Below, one piece after another: positions 8,790 through 19,337 of a stretch of 64,000 nucleotides of DNA; the first letter of the stretch is position 1; every line of letters begins with the position of its first letter. The position numbers and the translations under genes were made by a program. The notes beneath the pieces were generated by a model. That model made no database searches. It was not told the DNA's origin and saw only the letters and a program-made list of their open reading frames with translations. The DNA is from an uncultured Chloroflexia bacterium (GTDB lineage Bacteria > Chloroflexota > Limnocylindria > Limnocylindrales > CSP1-4): NCBI GenBank assembly GCA_963734535.1, contig CAVTHS010000006.1, positions 207,901-271,900 of the forward strand, given 5' to 3'.

Positions 8790-10277
8790 TCAGGAGCCGG
8801 GAGGGACCCGGCCCGGCAGCGCCACCGCGAAGCAGGTGCGGCCGGGCTCGGACACCACGTCGATCCGGCCGGCGTGCCGGTCGACGATGGAGCGGACGAT
8901 GTGGAGCCCCAGGCCGCTCCCGGCCCCGACGTCCTTCGTGGTGAAGAACGGCTCGAAGATCCGGGCGCGGACGTCGTCGGGGATGCCCGGCCCGGAGTCG
9001 CAGAGCTCGACCCGGACGCCCGGCACGATCGTTGGCTCGGCCCCGGCCATCGGTTCGCCCGGACCCGCTGCCGTGGGTGCGGGCTTGACATCCGCCGGTG
9101 GATCGCGCCGGACCGCGATCTCGAGAACGCCCCGCCCCTCCATCGCATCCGCGGCGTTGACGATCAGGTTCGTCCAGACCTGGTTGAGCTCGCTGCCAAA
9201 GGCCTCGATGCGCGGCCGATCCGACGGGTAGGAACGGCGAACCTCGATGCCAGCCTTGAGGCGCGGCCGCAGCATCACGAGCGTGCTCTCGATCCCGGCG
9301 ATCACGTCAACGTCGCCGACGGGCGCACGGTCGAGGTAGCTGTACTCGCGGACGGAGGCGACGATCTCGCCGATCCGGTCGCCGGCGGCCTCGATCTCGC
9401 CGAGGAGCTGGCGCCCGAGGGCCCCCGCCGCAAGCCAGGCGAGCACGACGTGGCGCGCCTCGTCGCTCGCAAACGGCGCGAGCAGGTCATCGAGCTGGTT
9501 TCCGTCCCAGCCGAAGGCGACGAGCGTCGCGGCCGGCTCGTCCGGTCGGGCGATGCCGAGCCGGTCGAGCAGCGCGACCATCGCGTCCTCGCGGTCGGCG
9601 GCGTCGATCGCGTCGAGGATCGGGGGCGCCGCTGCCCGCCGGTCGAGCTCGTCGCGCAGCGCGGCGGCCACCTCGCGGGCGACGCCGCCCGGGTCCAGGT
9701 CGTCGGGACCGAGCGCCCCGAGGCCGACCGCAGCCCGGTCCCAGTCCCGGACGAGCGCCGCCAGCCGGGACGCCGTGCTCCGGATCGCCGCCGCGGGGTT
9801 GTTCAGCTCGTGGGCGAGGCCGGCGGCCAGCGTTCCGAGCCCCGCGAGCTTCTCCTGTTCGCGGAGCAGGGATTCCGTGGATCGGAGGCGCCCCGCCGTC
9901 GTCCGCAGGAGCGACAGCGCCAGCTCGGGCTGGCGGCCCAGCACGTCGAGCAGCGCGTCACGCCGGAGGCAGAGGAGCGTCGCGGGGCCGACGGCGCGGA
10001 CGGTCGCCGTGCGAGGCCTGCCCTCGAGGACCGCCAGCTCGCCCTGGACCTCGCCGGGGCCCACGACCGCCAGCGGGACGTCCACCTTGCCGGACCGTTT
10101 CGTGACGGCGAGCTCCCCGGCGAGGACGACGAAGAGCGAATCCCCCGTGTCGCCCTCGCGGATGATCACGGCGCCCGGCGCGAGCTCCACGGTCTCCGCC
10201 ACGGCGGCCAGCCGTCCGAGCTCGGCGTCGTCGAGACCGGCGAGGAGCGGGATGCGGCGAAGCGGCGCGAGGTCCAC
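8790..10277 (-). CDS. Histidine kinase with N-terminal cyclic-nucleotide-binding domain
   Basis: cNMP 'GELAVLEGRPRTATVRA'; H-box 'GLAHELNNP'; N-box 'NQVWTNLIVNAADA'; 'DSGPGI', 'FFTTKDVGAGSGLGL'. Confidence 0.93.
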   Translation of the reverse strand: MDLAPLRRIPLLAGLDDAELGRLAAVAETVELAPGAVIIREGDTGDSLFVVLAGELAVTKRSGKVDVPLAVVGPGEVQGELAVLEGRPRTATVRAVGPATLLCLRRDALLDVLGRQPELALSLLRTTAGRLRSTESLLREQEKLAGLGTLAAGLAHELNNPAAAIRSTASRLAALVRDWDRAAVGLGALGPDDLDPGGVAREVAAALRDELDRRAAAPPILDAIDAADREDAMVALLDRLGIARPDEPAATLVAFGWDGNQLDDLLAPFASDEARHVVLAWLAAGALGRQLLGEIEAAGDRIGEIVASVREYSYLDRAPVGDVDVIAGIESTLVMLRPRLKAGIEVRRSYPSDRPRIEAFGSELNQVWTNLIVNAADAMEGRGVLEIAVRRDPPADVKPAPTAAGPGEPMAGAEPTIVPGVRVELCDSGPGIPDDVRARIFEPFFTTKDVGAGSGLGLHIVRSIVDRHAGRIDVVSEPGRTCFAVALPGRVPPGS

Positions 10278-10284
10278 CGGCGTG

Positions 10285-11940
10285 TCAGATGCCCGACAGG
10301 TGCTGGTGGACGAACTGGACCGCCATCGCGCCCTCGCCGACCCCCGACGCGATCCGCTTGACGGAGCGCGCCCGGACGTCGCCGGCAGCGAAGATCCCGG
10401 GCACGTTCGTCTCGAGCAGGAGGGGCTCCCGCGCGAGTGGCCAGCCAGCCACGCGGCCGTCGACCCGCGTGAGCGCGGGGCCGGTCACGATGAAGCCGGC
10501 GCCGTCCCGCTCGACGAGACCGCCGAGCCATTCTGTGCGTGGCAGCGCACCGACGAAGAGGAAGAGCCCCTGCATCGGCACCTCGACCGAGCCGGCCGGG
10601 TCGGTGATCGTGACCGCCTCCAGCTCGTCGGTCCCCCGCACGGCCGACACGTTCGCGCCGAGCCGGACCTCGATCCCGGGGAGCGCGGCGATCTGGTCTA
10701 CCAGGTACTGGCTCATGCCCGCCTCCAGCCGCCCCCCGCGCACCACCAGGGTCACGTGGCGGGCGAAGCCGGCCAGGTGGACGGCGGCCTGGCCGGCCGA
10801 GTTGCCGCCGCCCACCACCGCCACGTCGCGATCTCGGAAGGCGAGCGCCTCGGTGATCGCGGCACCGTAGAAGACGCCCAGGCCGATGAGCGCGTCGACG
10901 CCGGGCGCCTCCAGCCTGCGGTACTGGACGCCCATCGCGAGGATCAGGGCCTGGCAGCTGAGCTCGGTCCCATCGCCGAGGGTTACGATCGAGTACGGGT
11001 CCTCGCGCCGGATGCCGCGAACCTCCTGCGGGGTCAGGATCTCGGCCCCGAGCCGGGTGGCCTGGGTCACTGCGCGGCGCGCGAGGTCCGACCCCGACAG
11101 GCCGGCGGGAAAGCCGAGGTAGTTCTCGATCCGCGAGGTCGTGCCCGCCTGTCCGCCCGGCGCCTCGCCCTCGACGAGGAGCGTCCGGAGCCCCTCGGAG
11201 GCGCCGTAGACGGCGGCCGCGAGCCCGGCCGGGCCGCCGCCGATGATGACGAGGTCGTACGACGGCAGGGCCGCGCGGGTCCGCAGGCCGACCTTCCCGG
11301 CGATCTCCACGTTGGACGGGGCACGCAGGTGGCTGCCGTCCGCGAAGACCAGGAGCGGATCGCGACCCGGGTCGATGCCCGCGCTCGCGACCAGGCGGGC
11401 CGCTTCCGGGTCGGACTCGACATCGACCCAGCGGTACGGGACCTGGTTGCGGGCGAGGTAGTCCTTGATCTCATGGGCGCGCGCGGACCAGCGATGGCCG
11501 ACGAGGCGGACGCCGTCGAACGGCGGAATCCAGCCGGCGCGCCAGTCGTCGAGGAGCTCGGCGAGGGCAGGCAGCAGCCGCTCCTCGGGCGGATCCCATG
11601 GCTTGAGGAGGTAGTGGTCGAGTCCGATCTCGTTGATGGCCCGGATCGCGACGTCGGTATCGGCATAGGCCGTCAGGAGCACGCGCTTCGTGCCTGGAAG
11701 GAGGGTGAGGGTCGAACCCAGCAGCTCGACACCCGTCATCCCGGGCATCCGCTGGTCCACGACGAGCAGGGCGATCGGCGTTCCGCGCAGGATCAGGCGG
11801 CGGATCGCGTCGAGCGCGTCGGCGCCCGAGCCGGCCGCGACCACGCGGTACTCGCTGCCGAACCTGCCCCGCAGCTCGCGCTCCACGGCGCGCAGGACCT
11901 GCGGGTCGTCGTCGACGACCAGGATCACCGGGTTCGCCAT
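10285..11940 (-). CDS. Response-regulator receiver fused to thioredoxin-reductase-like FAD/NAD(P) oxidoreductase
   Basis: REC 'ILVVDDD...DQRMP...KPW'; 'GGGPAGLAAA', 'SRIENYLGFP', 'GGGNSAGQAA', 'FAAGDVR'. Confidence 0.93.
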   Translation of the reverse strand: MANPVILVVDDDPQVLRAVERELRGRFGSEYRVVAAGSGADALDAIRRLILRGTPIALLVVDQRMPGMTGVELLGSTLTLLPGTKRVLLTAYADTDVAIRAINEIGLDHYLLKPWDPPEERLLPALAELLDDWRAGWIPPFDGVRLVGHRWSARAHEIKDYLARNQVPYRWVDVESDPEAARLVASAGIDPGRDPLLVFADGSHLRAPSNVEIAGKVGLRTRAALPSYDLVIIGGGPAGLAAAVYGASEGLRTLLVEGEAPGGQAGTTSRIENYLGFPAGLSGSDLARRAVTQATRLGAEILTPQEVRGIRREDPYSIVTLGDGTELSCQALILAMGVQYRRLEAPGVDALIGLGVFYGAAITEALAFRDRDVAVVGGGNSAGQAAVHLAGFARHVTLVVRGGRLEAGMSQYLVDQIAALPGIEVRLGANVSAVRGTDELEAVTITDPAGSVEVPMQGLFLFVGALPRTEWLGGLVERDGAGFIVTGPALTRVDGRVAGWPLAREPLLLETNVPGIFAAGDVRARSVKRIASGVGEGAMAVQFVHQHLSGI

Positions 11941-12075
11941 CGCCGGGACTGCCTCCGTCGCGCCGTCCGAGCGCAGTCCGGCCGTGCCCGGCGCGTCCTC
12001 GGCGAATCGTGCCTGCATGCTAGTCGAGACCGGTGTCCCCGGCGAGTGCGGATCCCGTGGCCCGGTCCGACCCGT

Positions 12076-12651
12076 TCAGGCCTCCGGCTCGTCCCGGAGC
12101 CGGGCGAACATGACGGCGTCCACCAGCTCACCGCGGAACGGCAGGTACCGCCGCAGGACCCCTTCCCGGGTGAACCCGGCGCGGAGCGCGACCCTGCCGG
12201 ACGCCTCGTTGCCGACGAGCGTGAGGAGCTCCATCCGCACGAGGGTCGGCTCGATTCCGAACGCCCAGCGGACCGCGAGCAACACGGCCCTGGTCGCGGC
12301 ACCCCGCCCGCGGGCCCCGGGCGCCAGCCAGTAGCCGATCGCCGCCTTGCCCGGCTCGTCCAGCCGCCGGTGGAATGCCAGCGTTCCCAGGAGCGCCCCA
12401 TCGGCTGCACCGGCGATCACGAAGGTCGGCTCACGCCCGCCCGCCCAGCCCTCGGCAGTGAACGCCACGAATGCGCGGGCGTCCTCGAGGCGATACGGGA
12501 CCGGCACGGGAATCCAGCGCGCGATCTCCGGGTCACTGCACGCCGCGGCGATCGCAGGCGCGTCGGCTTCGCGCGGAAGGCGCAGGACCAGCGTGCCGTC
12601 CGCGAGCGGGCGATCGGGAACGGGGAATGGGCGGAACAACCGGCTGGCCAT
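12076..12651 (-). CDS. GNAT N-acetyltransferase (RimL/RimJ type)
   Basis: 'IGYWLAPGARGRGAAT', 'NEASGRVALRAGFTREGVLR'. Confidence 0.9.
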   Translation of the reverse strand: MASRLFRPFPVPDRPLADGTLVLRLPREADAPAIAAACSDPEIARWIPVPVPYRLEDARAFVAFTAEGWAGGREPTFVIAGAADGALLGTLAFHRRLDEPGKAAIGYWLAPGARGRGAATRAVLLAVRWAFGIEPTLVRMELLTLVGNEASGRVALRAGFTREGVLRRYLPFRGELVDAVMFARLRDEPEA

Positions 12652-12654
12652 GCT

Positions 12655-12669
12655 CCGTAGACTCTACGG
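12655..12669. promoter_or_regulatory. Perfect palindrome forming back-to-back -10 elements
   Basis: CCGTAGA-C-TCTACGG reads TAGACT on + and TAGAGT on -, between the divergent GNAT and CocE genes. Confidence 0.5.
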
Positions 12670-12697
12670 CGCGGGAGATCGCCCGGCGTTGCCGGGC

Positions 12698-14837
12698 ATG
12701 GCGGGGCTCTCGCCGTACCGGGAGGCTCGGCATGCCAGGTCGACCGCAGCACCGCCGACGCGGTGCGGCGCTACCGACCCGACGGCGAATGCCGTCGGGT
12801 ACGGAGTGCGGACCGAGCAGGTGCGGATCCCGATGGACGACGGCGTCCGCCTGGCGGCCACGCTCTATCGCCCGGACGCGGCAGGGCCCGTTTCCCGCGC
12901 TGCTCGAGTCGATCCCGTACCGCAAGGACGACTGGACCCTCACCCGCGACTGGCCGCTCCACGGCGCCTTTGCCGCGGCAGGCTACGTGAGCTGCCGCCT
13001 CGACGTGCGCGGGACGGGGAGCTCGGAGGGTGTGGCCGAGGGCGAGTACCCCGAGCGCGAGATCCTCGACAACCTGGCGGTGATCGACTGGCTGGCAACG
13101 CGCGCCTGGAGCACCGGCGGCGTGGGCATGTTCGGGATCAGCTGGGGTGGGTTCTCGGCGCTCCAGGCCGCGGCGAGGCGACCCGCGGCGCTCCGCGCGA
13201 TCATCCCGGTCCACTTCAGCCACGATCGCTACAACCTCGATGTGCACTACGTCGGCGGCACGCTCCACGTCGGGGAGAGCGTCTACTGGCCCGTCGAGAT
13301 GGTGGGCGAGAACGCGCTGCCGCCCGACCCCGAGCGATTCGGGCCGGGCTGGCGCGAGGAGTGGCTGCGTCGCCTGGAGGCCACGCCGCAGTGGCCGCTT
13401 CGAGTGGCTGCGCCACCAGCGCCGCGACCCGTTCTGGCGGGCCGCATCGATCGGCGAGGAGTGGGCGGCGATCGAGGCTCCGGTCCTCGCGATCGGCGGG
13501 CTCAACGACGGCTACCGGGACGCGGTCCTCGCCGTGCTGGAGCACGTCCGGGCGCCCCGGCGCGGCGTCATCGGGCCGTGGGGGCACGCCTGGCCGCACG
13601 ATGGCTCGCCGGGGCCGTCGATCGACGGTGTCGGCCTGATGCGACGCTGGTGGGACCGCTGGCTCAAGGGCGTGGCCGACCCAGGCGGCGTGGACCGCGG
13701 AGCCGATGCTCTCGCTCTACGTGGTCGAGCCGCCCGGCACGGCCGAGTTCCCGGCCGAGCTCCCCGGGCGGTGGTGGCATCTCGACCACTGGCCGCCCTC
13801 GCCCCGGATCGCGACGCTTCCCCCGCTCTTCCTCGAGGGCGACGGCGCGGCCGGCCTCGGGTCGCTCGCCGGGGAGCCGGCCGCGTCCGGGGACGCCGCC
13901 ACGTCCACCTGGGTAGGCCCGCCGGACGTCGGCCTGTGCGCCCCGTTCTGGTGCGGCTACGGCTATCCGCCGCAGGGCGTGCCCGGCGACCAGCGGGCCG
14001 ACGACGCACGCTCGCTCCTGTTCACGTCCCCAGCCGCTCGAGCGACCCGTCCTGGTCGCCGGGATCCCGCACGCGCGGCTCTGGCTCTCGGCCGATCGGC
14101 CGGTGGCACAGGTCGCGGTGCGCCTCGAGGCGGTGGCGCCCGACGGGCGATCCGCGCTCGTCGCGCGCGCCGTGCGGAACCTGACTCGCCTCGACCCGGC
14201 CGGGGAGGTGCCCGCGCCCCTGGTCCCGGGCGTGCCGGTCGAGGTCGACCTGCCGCTTTCGGCCGCCGGCGCCCGGATCCCGGCCGGATACCGGCTGCGG
14301 GTCGCGATCGCCGGTGCGGCGTTCCCGATCGCGTGGCCGACGCCGACGCCCGTCGCGCTCACGCTCCACCACGACGTCGGCCGTCCATCGGCCCTGCGCC
14401 TGCCACCGGCCGTCGGATGGTCGTCGGAGCACGGGCCGGACCTGGGACGGCCGGCCTTCGAGCCGTCGTCGAGCGAGGCGATCCCGGGGATCCCGGCCGC
14501 CTGGCGGATCGAGCGCGATGGTGTGGCCGGCATCACGTCGCTCATCTGCGAGTCTGGCGGCGGGGATCGCTTCCCGGAGCGGGGAGGGCTCGTGTTCGCG
14601 GCGGATGCCCGCTACCGGATGTCGGTGGCGGACACCTTCGCGGCATGTCGCGCCGAGGGGACCATCTGCTACCGGCTCGCGTATCCGGGCGGCCCGGAGA
14701 TCGTCGCCGACGCGAGCCTGGCGCTCGAGTCGGACGCCGACGAGGTTCGGCTTCGCGTGACGCTGGTGGTCACCGAGGATGGGGCGCCGGTCTTCGATCG
14801 GGTATGGGAGCAGGCCGCGCCGCGCGACCTCCTCTGA
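12698..14837 (+). CDS. CocE/NonD family hydrolase (several frameshifts; start uncertain)
   Basis: 'IPMDDGVRLAATLYRP', 'PYRKDD', 'DVRGTGSSEG', nucleophile 'GISWGGF', 'IGPWGHAWP', PepX C-terminal-like domain, spread across frames. Confidence 0.85.
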
Positions 14838-14915
14838 TCGCCGGCCGTCCCGCCCGCGGCCGCGTACAGGCCTGCGGCCGCGTACGATGCGATTCGAGCG
14901 AGAGGAGACCCTCGA

Positions 14916-15038
14916 ATGCCAGAGCGCGCCGTCGTGGCGGATGCCAGCGACGACCCGTACGCCGACGAGCCGGCCACGCACGACCTGGTCGGGCCCGGCA
15001 TCGGCAATGCGGGCTGCTCACCCGACCCGGAGGCCTGA
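14916..15038 (+). CDS. Small 40-aa acidic peptide, not in the ORF track
   Basis: MPERAVVADASDDPYADEPATHDLVGPGIGNAGCSPDPEA*; RBS GAGGAG 8 nt before ATG; -10 TACGAT at 14883. Confidence 0.6.
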   Translation: MPERAVVADASDDPYADEPATHDLVGPGIGNAGCSPDPEA

Positions 15039-15044
15039 GCCGTC

Positions 15045-15528
15045 GTGGACGGTGCGCGCCTGCCCGCGCTCGGGCCGCGCGGCGAGGGCTGGGTGGCGCT
15101 CCAGGTCGTCGCCTTCGCCTGCGTGGGCGCATGCAGGGCTGCTTGGCCCCGCCTGGGGCGAGCCGTGGCGGGACGTCGGCCTCGTCGCGGGTGGAATCCT
15201 GGCGGTCGCGGGCGCCGTCATTGCCGTGCTCGGCCTCGTCGGCCTTCGCGAGAACCTGACCGTGGTCCCGCGCCCGATCGAGGGCGGCCGGCTCATCGAC
15301 TCCGGCGTGTACGGCATGGTCCGCCACCCGATCTACACGGGAATCATCACGGCCGCGCTCGGCTGGGGGCTGGCGACGGCGAGCCCGGCCGCGCTGGTCT
15401 CGGCAGTGCTCCTCGGCGCCTTCTTCGACCTCAAGGCCCGGCGCGAGGAGGCATGGCTGCTCGCCGCGTATCCGGGGTACGCCGCCTACCGGGCCCGGGT
15501 TCGCAAGCTGGTGCCGTTCATCTACTGA
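15045..15528 (+). CDS. Isoprenylcysteine carboxyl methyltransferase/PEMT family membrane protein (frameshift near 15135)
   Basis: 'GEGWVALQ', then 'LIDSGVYGMVRHPIYTG...REEAWL...YAAYRARVRKLVPFIY'. Confidence 0.85.
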
Positions 15529-16665
15529 CGCCCGGCGACCGCGCCGCCGCGTCCGGCGCGCCGCCGCCGGTCGACACGCTGGCGTCGGAAGACGTGCTAC
15601 CGGTCGAATCGCCGCCGATGGCGGTCGCGCCGCGGGCGGCCCGGCGCAGGCGGTCCATGACCGCCCGACCAAGGCCGGTGTCCGGGATCGGCTCGGCCAC
15701 GATCCGCGAGAGGTCGGCGGCGTCGAGCGCGTGGAGGGCGTCGAAGAGGCGGGCCGCCGCCCCCACGGGGTCGCCGCCGCCGTCGAGGACCTCGATGGCC
15801 GCGTACGGTCCCCCGATGAGCCTCCGCCGCCGCCCGGCCCGCGTCGGACGCGGCGAGCAGGCCGACCCGCTCCCCGGGGCGCACCGCGAACGCCGCCGCG
15901 TCTGCCGGGTCACGCGGGTCCGCCAGCTCGAGCGGGGCGCGGGGCGCGTAGTGCGCGCCCGCCCGCCCGGGTGCAAGCTCGGCCGTGCCCGGGACCCCGT
16001 CGACCGGGACCTCCAGCGGTCCGATCTCCGCCTCGATCGCCTCGACCGCGAGGCCGCCGGGGCGAAGGAGCACGGCCCGGCCCGCCGCGAGCAGGATGAC
16101 CGTCGATTCGACCCCGACGTGGCACGGCCCGCCGTCGAGGAGGAGGTCGACGCGCGACCCGAGCCCCGCCACGCACGTGTGCCGCGCGGGTCGGGGAGAG
16201 GCCGCCGAACCGGTTTGCCGAGGGCGCCGCGACGGGAACCCCGGCGGCCCGGATCAGCGGCACGTGCGACCGGGTGGTCGGGCACGCGCAGGCCCACGGT
16301 GGGGAGCCCGGCCGTGACGATTCCCGGGATGATCGCCCGCTTGCGCAGCACGAGCGTCAGCGGGCCGGGCCAGAACCGCGCCGCGAGCCGCGCGACGCGG
16401 GGATCGTCCGCGTCCTCGGGTAGCGCGTAGAGCGCCACCGACGAGGCGTCCGCGAGGTGGACGATCAGCGGATCGAAGGCAGGCCGCTCCTTCGCCGCGA
16501 AGACGCGCGCGACGGCGAGGGCGTCGAGCGCGTTGGCGCCGAGGCCGTAGACCGTCTCGGTGGGAAAGACGACCAGGCCGCCCGCGCGCAGGCTGCGCCG
16601 CGGCGGTCGCGATCGACCCCGGGTCGTCGCCGGGCAGGATTCGGGGGCGGCTCGGGCACGGGCAT
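15518..16665 (-). CDS. sua5: L-threonylcarbamoyladenylate synthase Sua5/TsaC2 (frameshifted)
   Basis: 'VVFPTETVYGLGANA', 'DPLIVH', 'FWPGPLTLVL', 'AAPSANRFG', 'GVESTV', 'HYAP', Sua5 C-domain 'GLGRAVMDRLRRAA'. Confidence 0.9.
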
Positions 16666-16740
16666 CTCCGGGCAGGATCGCGCGTTCGCTCGGATGGCGC
16701 ACGCCGTGGCCGGATTCCCTCGCGGTCCACCGGTGGACTT

Positions 16741-16776
16741 CGCACCGGCGGCGGACATCGCACCAGCCGCGGACAT
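16741..16776. repeat. Imperfect 18-bp tandem repeat in a divergent promoter region
   Basis: CGCACCGGCGGCGGACAT / CGCACCAGCCGCGGACAT. Confidence 0.7.
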
Positions 16777-16794
16777 CGTACGATCGGACGGCCC

Positions 16795-18066
16795 ATGGTG
16801 ACCACAACAGGCACGCTGCCCGACACGGACCAGGCTGTCCCGGAGCCGCTGGCTCGCAACCGCGACTTCAAGGTCGTCCTCGTCGGCCAGGGCGTCAGCT
16901 CGTTCGGGGATGCGATCACCAACACGGCGCTCCCATTGCTCGTGCTCGCGCTGACCGGCTCGGGGTTCGCGATGGGGATCGTGGGTGCGCTCTCGACCCT
17001 GCCGGATCTCGTGGTCGGGCTCCCGGCCGGTGCGTACGCCGATCGCTGGGACCGGCGCCGGATGATGTTCGTCGCGGACCTGGGCCGGGCTGTCATCACC
17101 GCGGCGGTGCCGCTCACGTTCTGGCTTGGCGGTCCGACGATGGCGGTCATCCTGCTCATCACGTTCCCGCTCAACGCCCTGCGCGTGCTGTGGCTCGCGG
17201 CCTACACGGCGGCCGTGCCCGGCCTCGTGGGACGGCCCCAGATCGCACGGGCCAACGCGATCTTCGAGTCGTTCTTCACGGTTGGCTGGATCGCGGGACC
17301 GGCCCTCGCCGGCGTCTTCTCGGCGGCGATCGGGCCGGCCTCGACGATCGCGATCGACGCGATCACGTTCGTGGTCTCCTCGGCTGCGCTGCTCCTGGTC
17401 CACCGCCCGCTGCGCCCGGCCCCCCGCGCCGAGCAGCCGCACCTCGTGGCGGACATCCGGGAAGGGGTGCGCTACGTGGCGGGCCACGCGACGCTGCGCG
17501 CGGTGATCCTCTTCTGGGCCACCTCGCAGGTCGTCACCGCGGCCCTCGCGACGGCGCTGACCTACTACATCACCCGCGACCGGGGCTTCACGGCCGACGT
17601 GCTGGGCATCGTCCTCTCCGCGTTCGGGGTGGGGTCGCTGGTCGGCTCGCTCGCGGCCGGCCGGCGACCCCCGGAGGCGGTCGGCCGCGCCCTGCTGATC
17701 GGGACCGTCGTGACGGGCGTCATCCTCTTCGCGTTCACGATCGGCGCGCCGATCGAGGTGATGGTCGTCGGCGCCCTCGTGGCCGGCATCACGCAGTCGG
17801 TCGTGCTGATCGGGTACATCACGCTGCGGACCGCGCTCTCGCCCGACGCGATGCTGGGCCGGATCGGCAGCACGGCCCGGACCATCTCCGTCGGCCTGAT
17901 GCCGATCGGATCGTTCGTCGGCGGCGCGCTGATCGACCTCACGAACGGCGGCGTCACGCTGGCCACGATGGGCGCCCTGCTGCTCGTCGCGAGCGGCGCG
18001 TTCGCGCTCGTGCCGAACCTGCGGCGGGCGCGCGTTCCCCGGCCCGGGAAGCGGTACCCGGGATGA
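16795..18066 (+). CDS. MFS transporter (MFS_3/EntS-like)
   Basis: 'RNRDFKVVLVGQGVSSFGD', 'GAYADRWDRRR', ~12 TM segments. Confidence 0.9.
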   Translation: MVTTTGTLPDTDQAVPEPLARNRDFKVVLVGQGVSSFGDAITNTALPLLVLALTGSGFAMGIVGALSTLPDLVVGLPAGAYADRWDRRRMMFVADLGRAVITAAVPLTFWLGGPTMAVILLITFPLNALRVLWLAAYTAAVPGLVGRPQIARANAIFESFFTVGWIAGPALAGVFSAAIGPASTIAIDAITFVVSSAALLLVHRPLRPAPRAEQPHLVADIREGVRYVAGHATLRAVILFWATSQVVTAALATALTYYITRDRGFTADVLGIVLSAFGVGSLVGSLAAGRRPPEAVGRALLIGTVVTGVILFAFTIGAPIEVMVVGALVAGITQSVVLIGYITLRTALSPDAMLGRIGSTARTISVGLMPIGSFVGGALIDLTNGGVTLATMGALLLVASGAFALVPNLRRARVPRPGKRYPG

Positions 18067-19323
18067 GCGACGAGCCAGGACGCCGTGCCGGGAACGCCGG
18101 GCCGGCGGCGTTCGGCGCTGGCCGCGCGGTGGGCGCTCGACCCGGAGGTGGTCTTCCTCAACCACGGGTCCTTCGGGGCCTGTCCACGCGGCGTGCTCGA
18201 TGCCCAGCAGGCCCTCCGCGCGGAGATGGAGGCGAACCCGGTGGACTTCCTCGCCCGCCGGCTCGAGGATCGGCTCGCTGCGGCCCGGGCCGCCGTCGGC
18301 GCGTTCGTCGGAGCCGACCCGGACGACCTCGCCTTCGTGCCGAACGCGACCGCCGGGATCGCGACCGTCCTCGGCTCATTCGGGATCGGCCCTGGCGACG
18401 AGCTGCTTGCCACCGACCACGAGTACAACGCCGCGCTCAATGCGCTGCGGGTCGGCGCCGCCGACGCCGGCGCCCGCGTCGTGCTGGCGCGGATCCCGCT
18501 TCCCGTGGACGGCCCGGACGACGTCGTGGAGCGCGTTCTCGCGGCGGTGACGCCGCGGACGCGGCTGGCGCTGCTCAGCCACGTGACGAGCCCGACCGCG
18601 CTCGTCTTCCCGGTGGAGCGGCTCGTGCCGCTCCTGGAGGCGCGCGGCGTGGCGGTGCTCGTGGACGGAGCGCACGCGCCCGGCATGATCCCGCTCCACG
18701 TCGGGGCGCTCGGCGCGAGCTGGTACGTGGCGAACCTCCACAAGTGGTGCTGCGCCCCGAAGGGCGCCGCGTTCCTCCACGTCCGGCGGGACCGGCAGGC
18801 CGCTGCCCGCCCGCTCGCGGTGAGCCATGCGGCCAACGACCCGCGGCCCGCGCGGTCGCCGTTCGTGCGGGCGTTCGACTGGACCGGCACCCTCGACCCG
18901 ACGGCGTACCTTGCCGCGCCGATCGCCCTCGCCGAGGTCGCGGCGATGCTCGAGGGCGGGTGGCCGGCCGTGATGGCGAGGAACAGCGCGCTCGCCCTGG
19001 GCGCGCGGGAGATCCTCCTCGGTGCGCTCGGCGGCACGCCGCTCGCACCCGCGTCGATGCTGGGCGCGATGGCAGCCGTGGAGCTGCCCGCCGCCTTCGG
19101 CCCGCCGCCCGTCTCGCCGGTCGACGAGGACCCGCTCCAGGCAGCGCTGCGCGAGCGGGCCGGCATCGAGGTCCCGCTCGTCGCGTGGCCCCGCGACCCC
19201 GGGACCGGCGCGCGACGGCGGCGCCTCGTCCGCATCTCCGCCCATCTCCACAACGAGCTCCCGGACTACGTTGCGCTCGCCGATGCGCTGCGGGGACTCC
19301 TCGGGCGCGCAACCGACCGGTAA
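18063..19323 (+). CDS. Aminotransferase class V PLP enzyme (isopenicillin N epimerase/C-S lyase-like)
   Basis: 'FLNHGSFGACP', 'DGAHAPG', PLP lysine 'ANLHKW', 'VRISAHLHN'. The ATG at 18063 is out of frame by an indel. Confidence 0.88.
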
Positions 19324-19337
19324 GCTGTCGCGAACCG

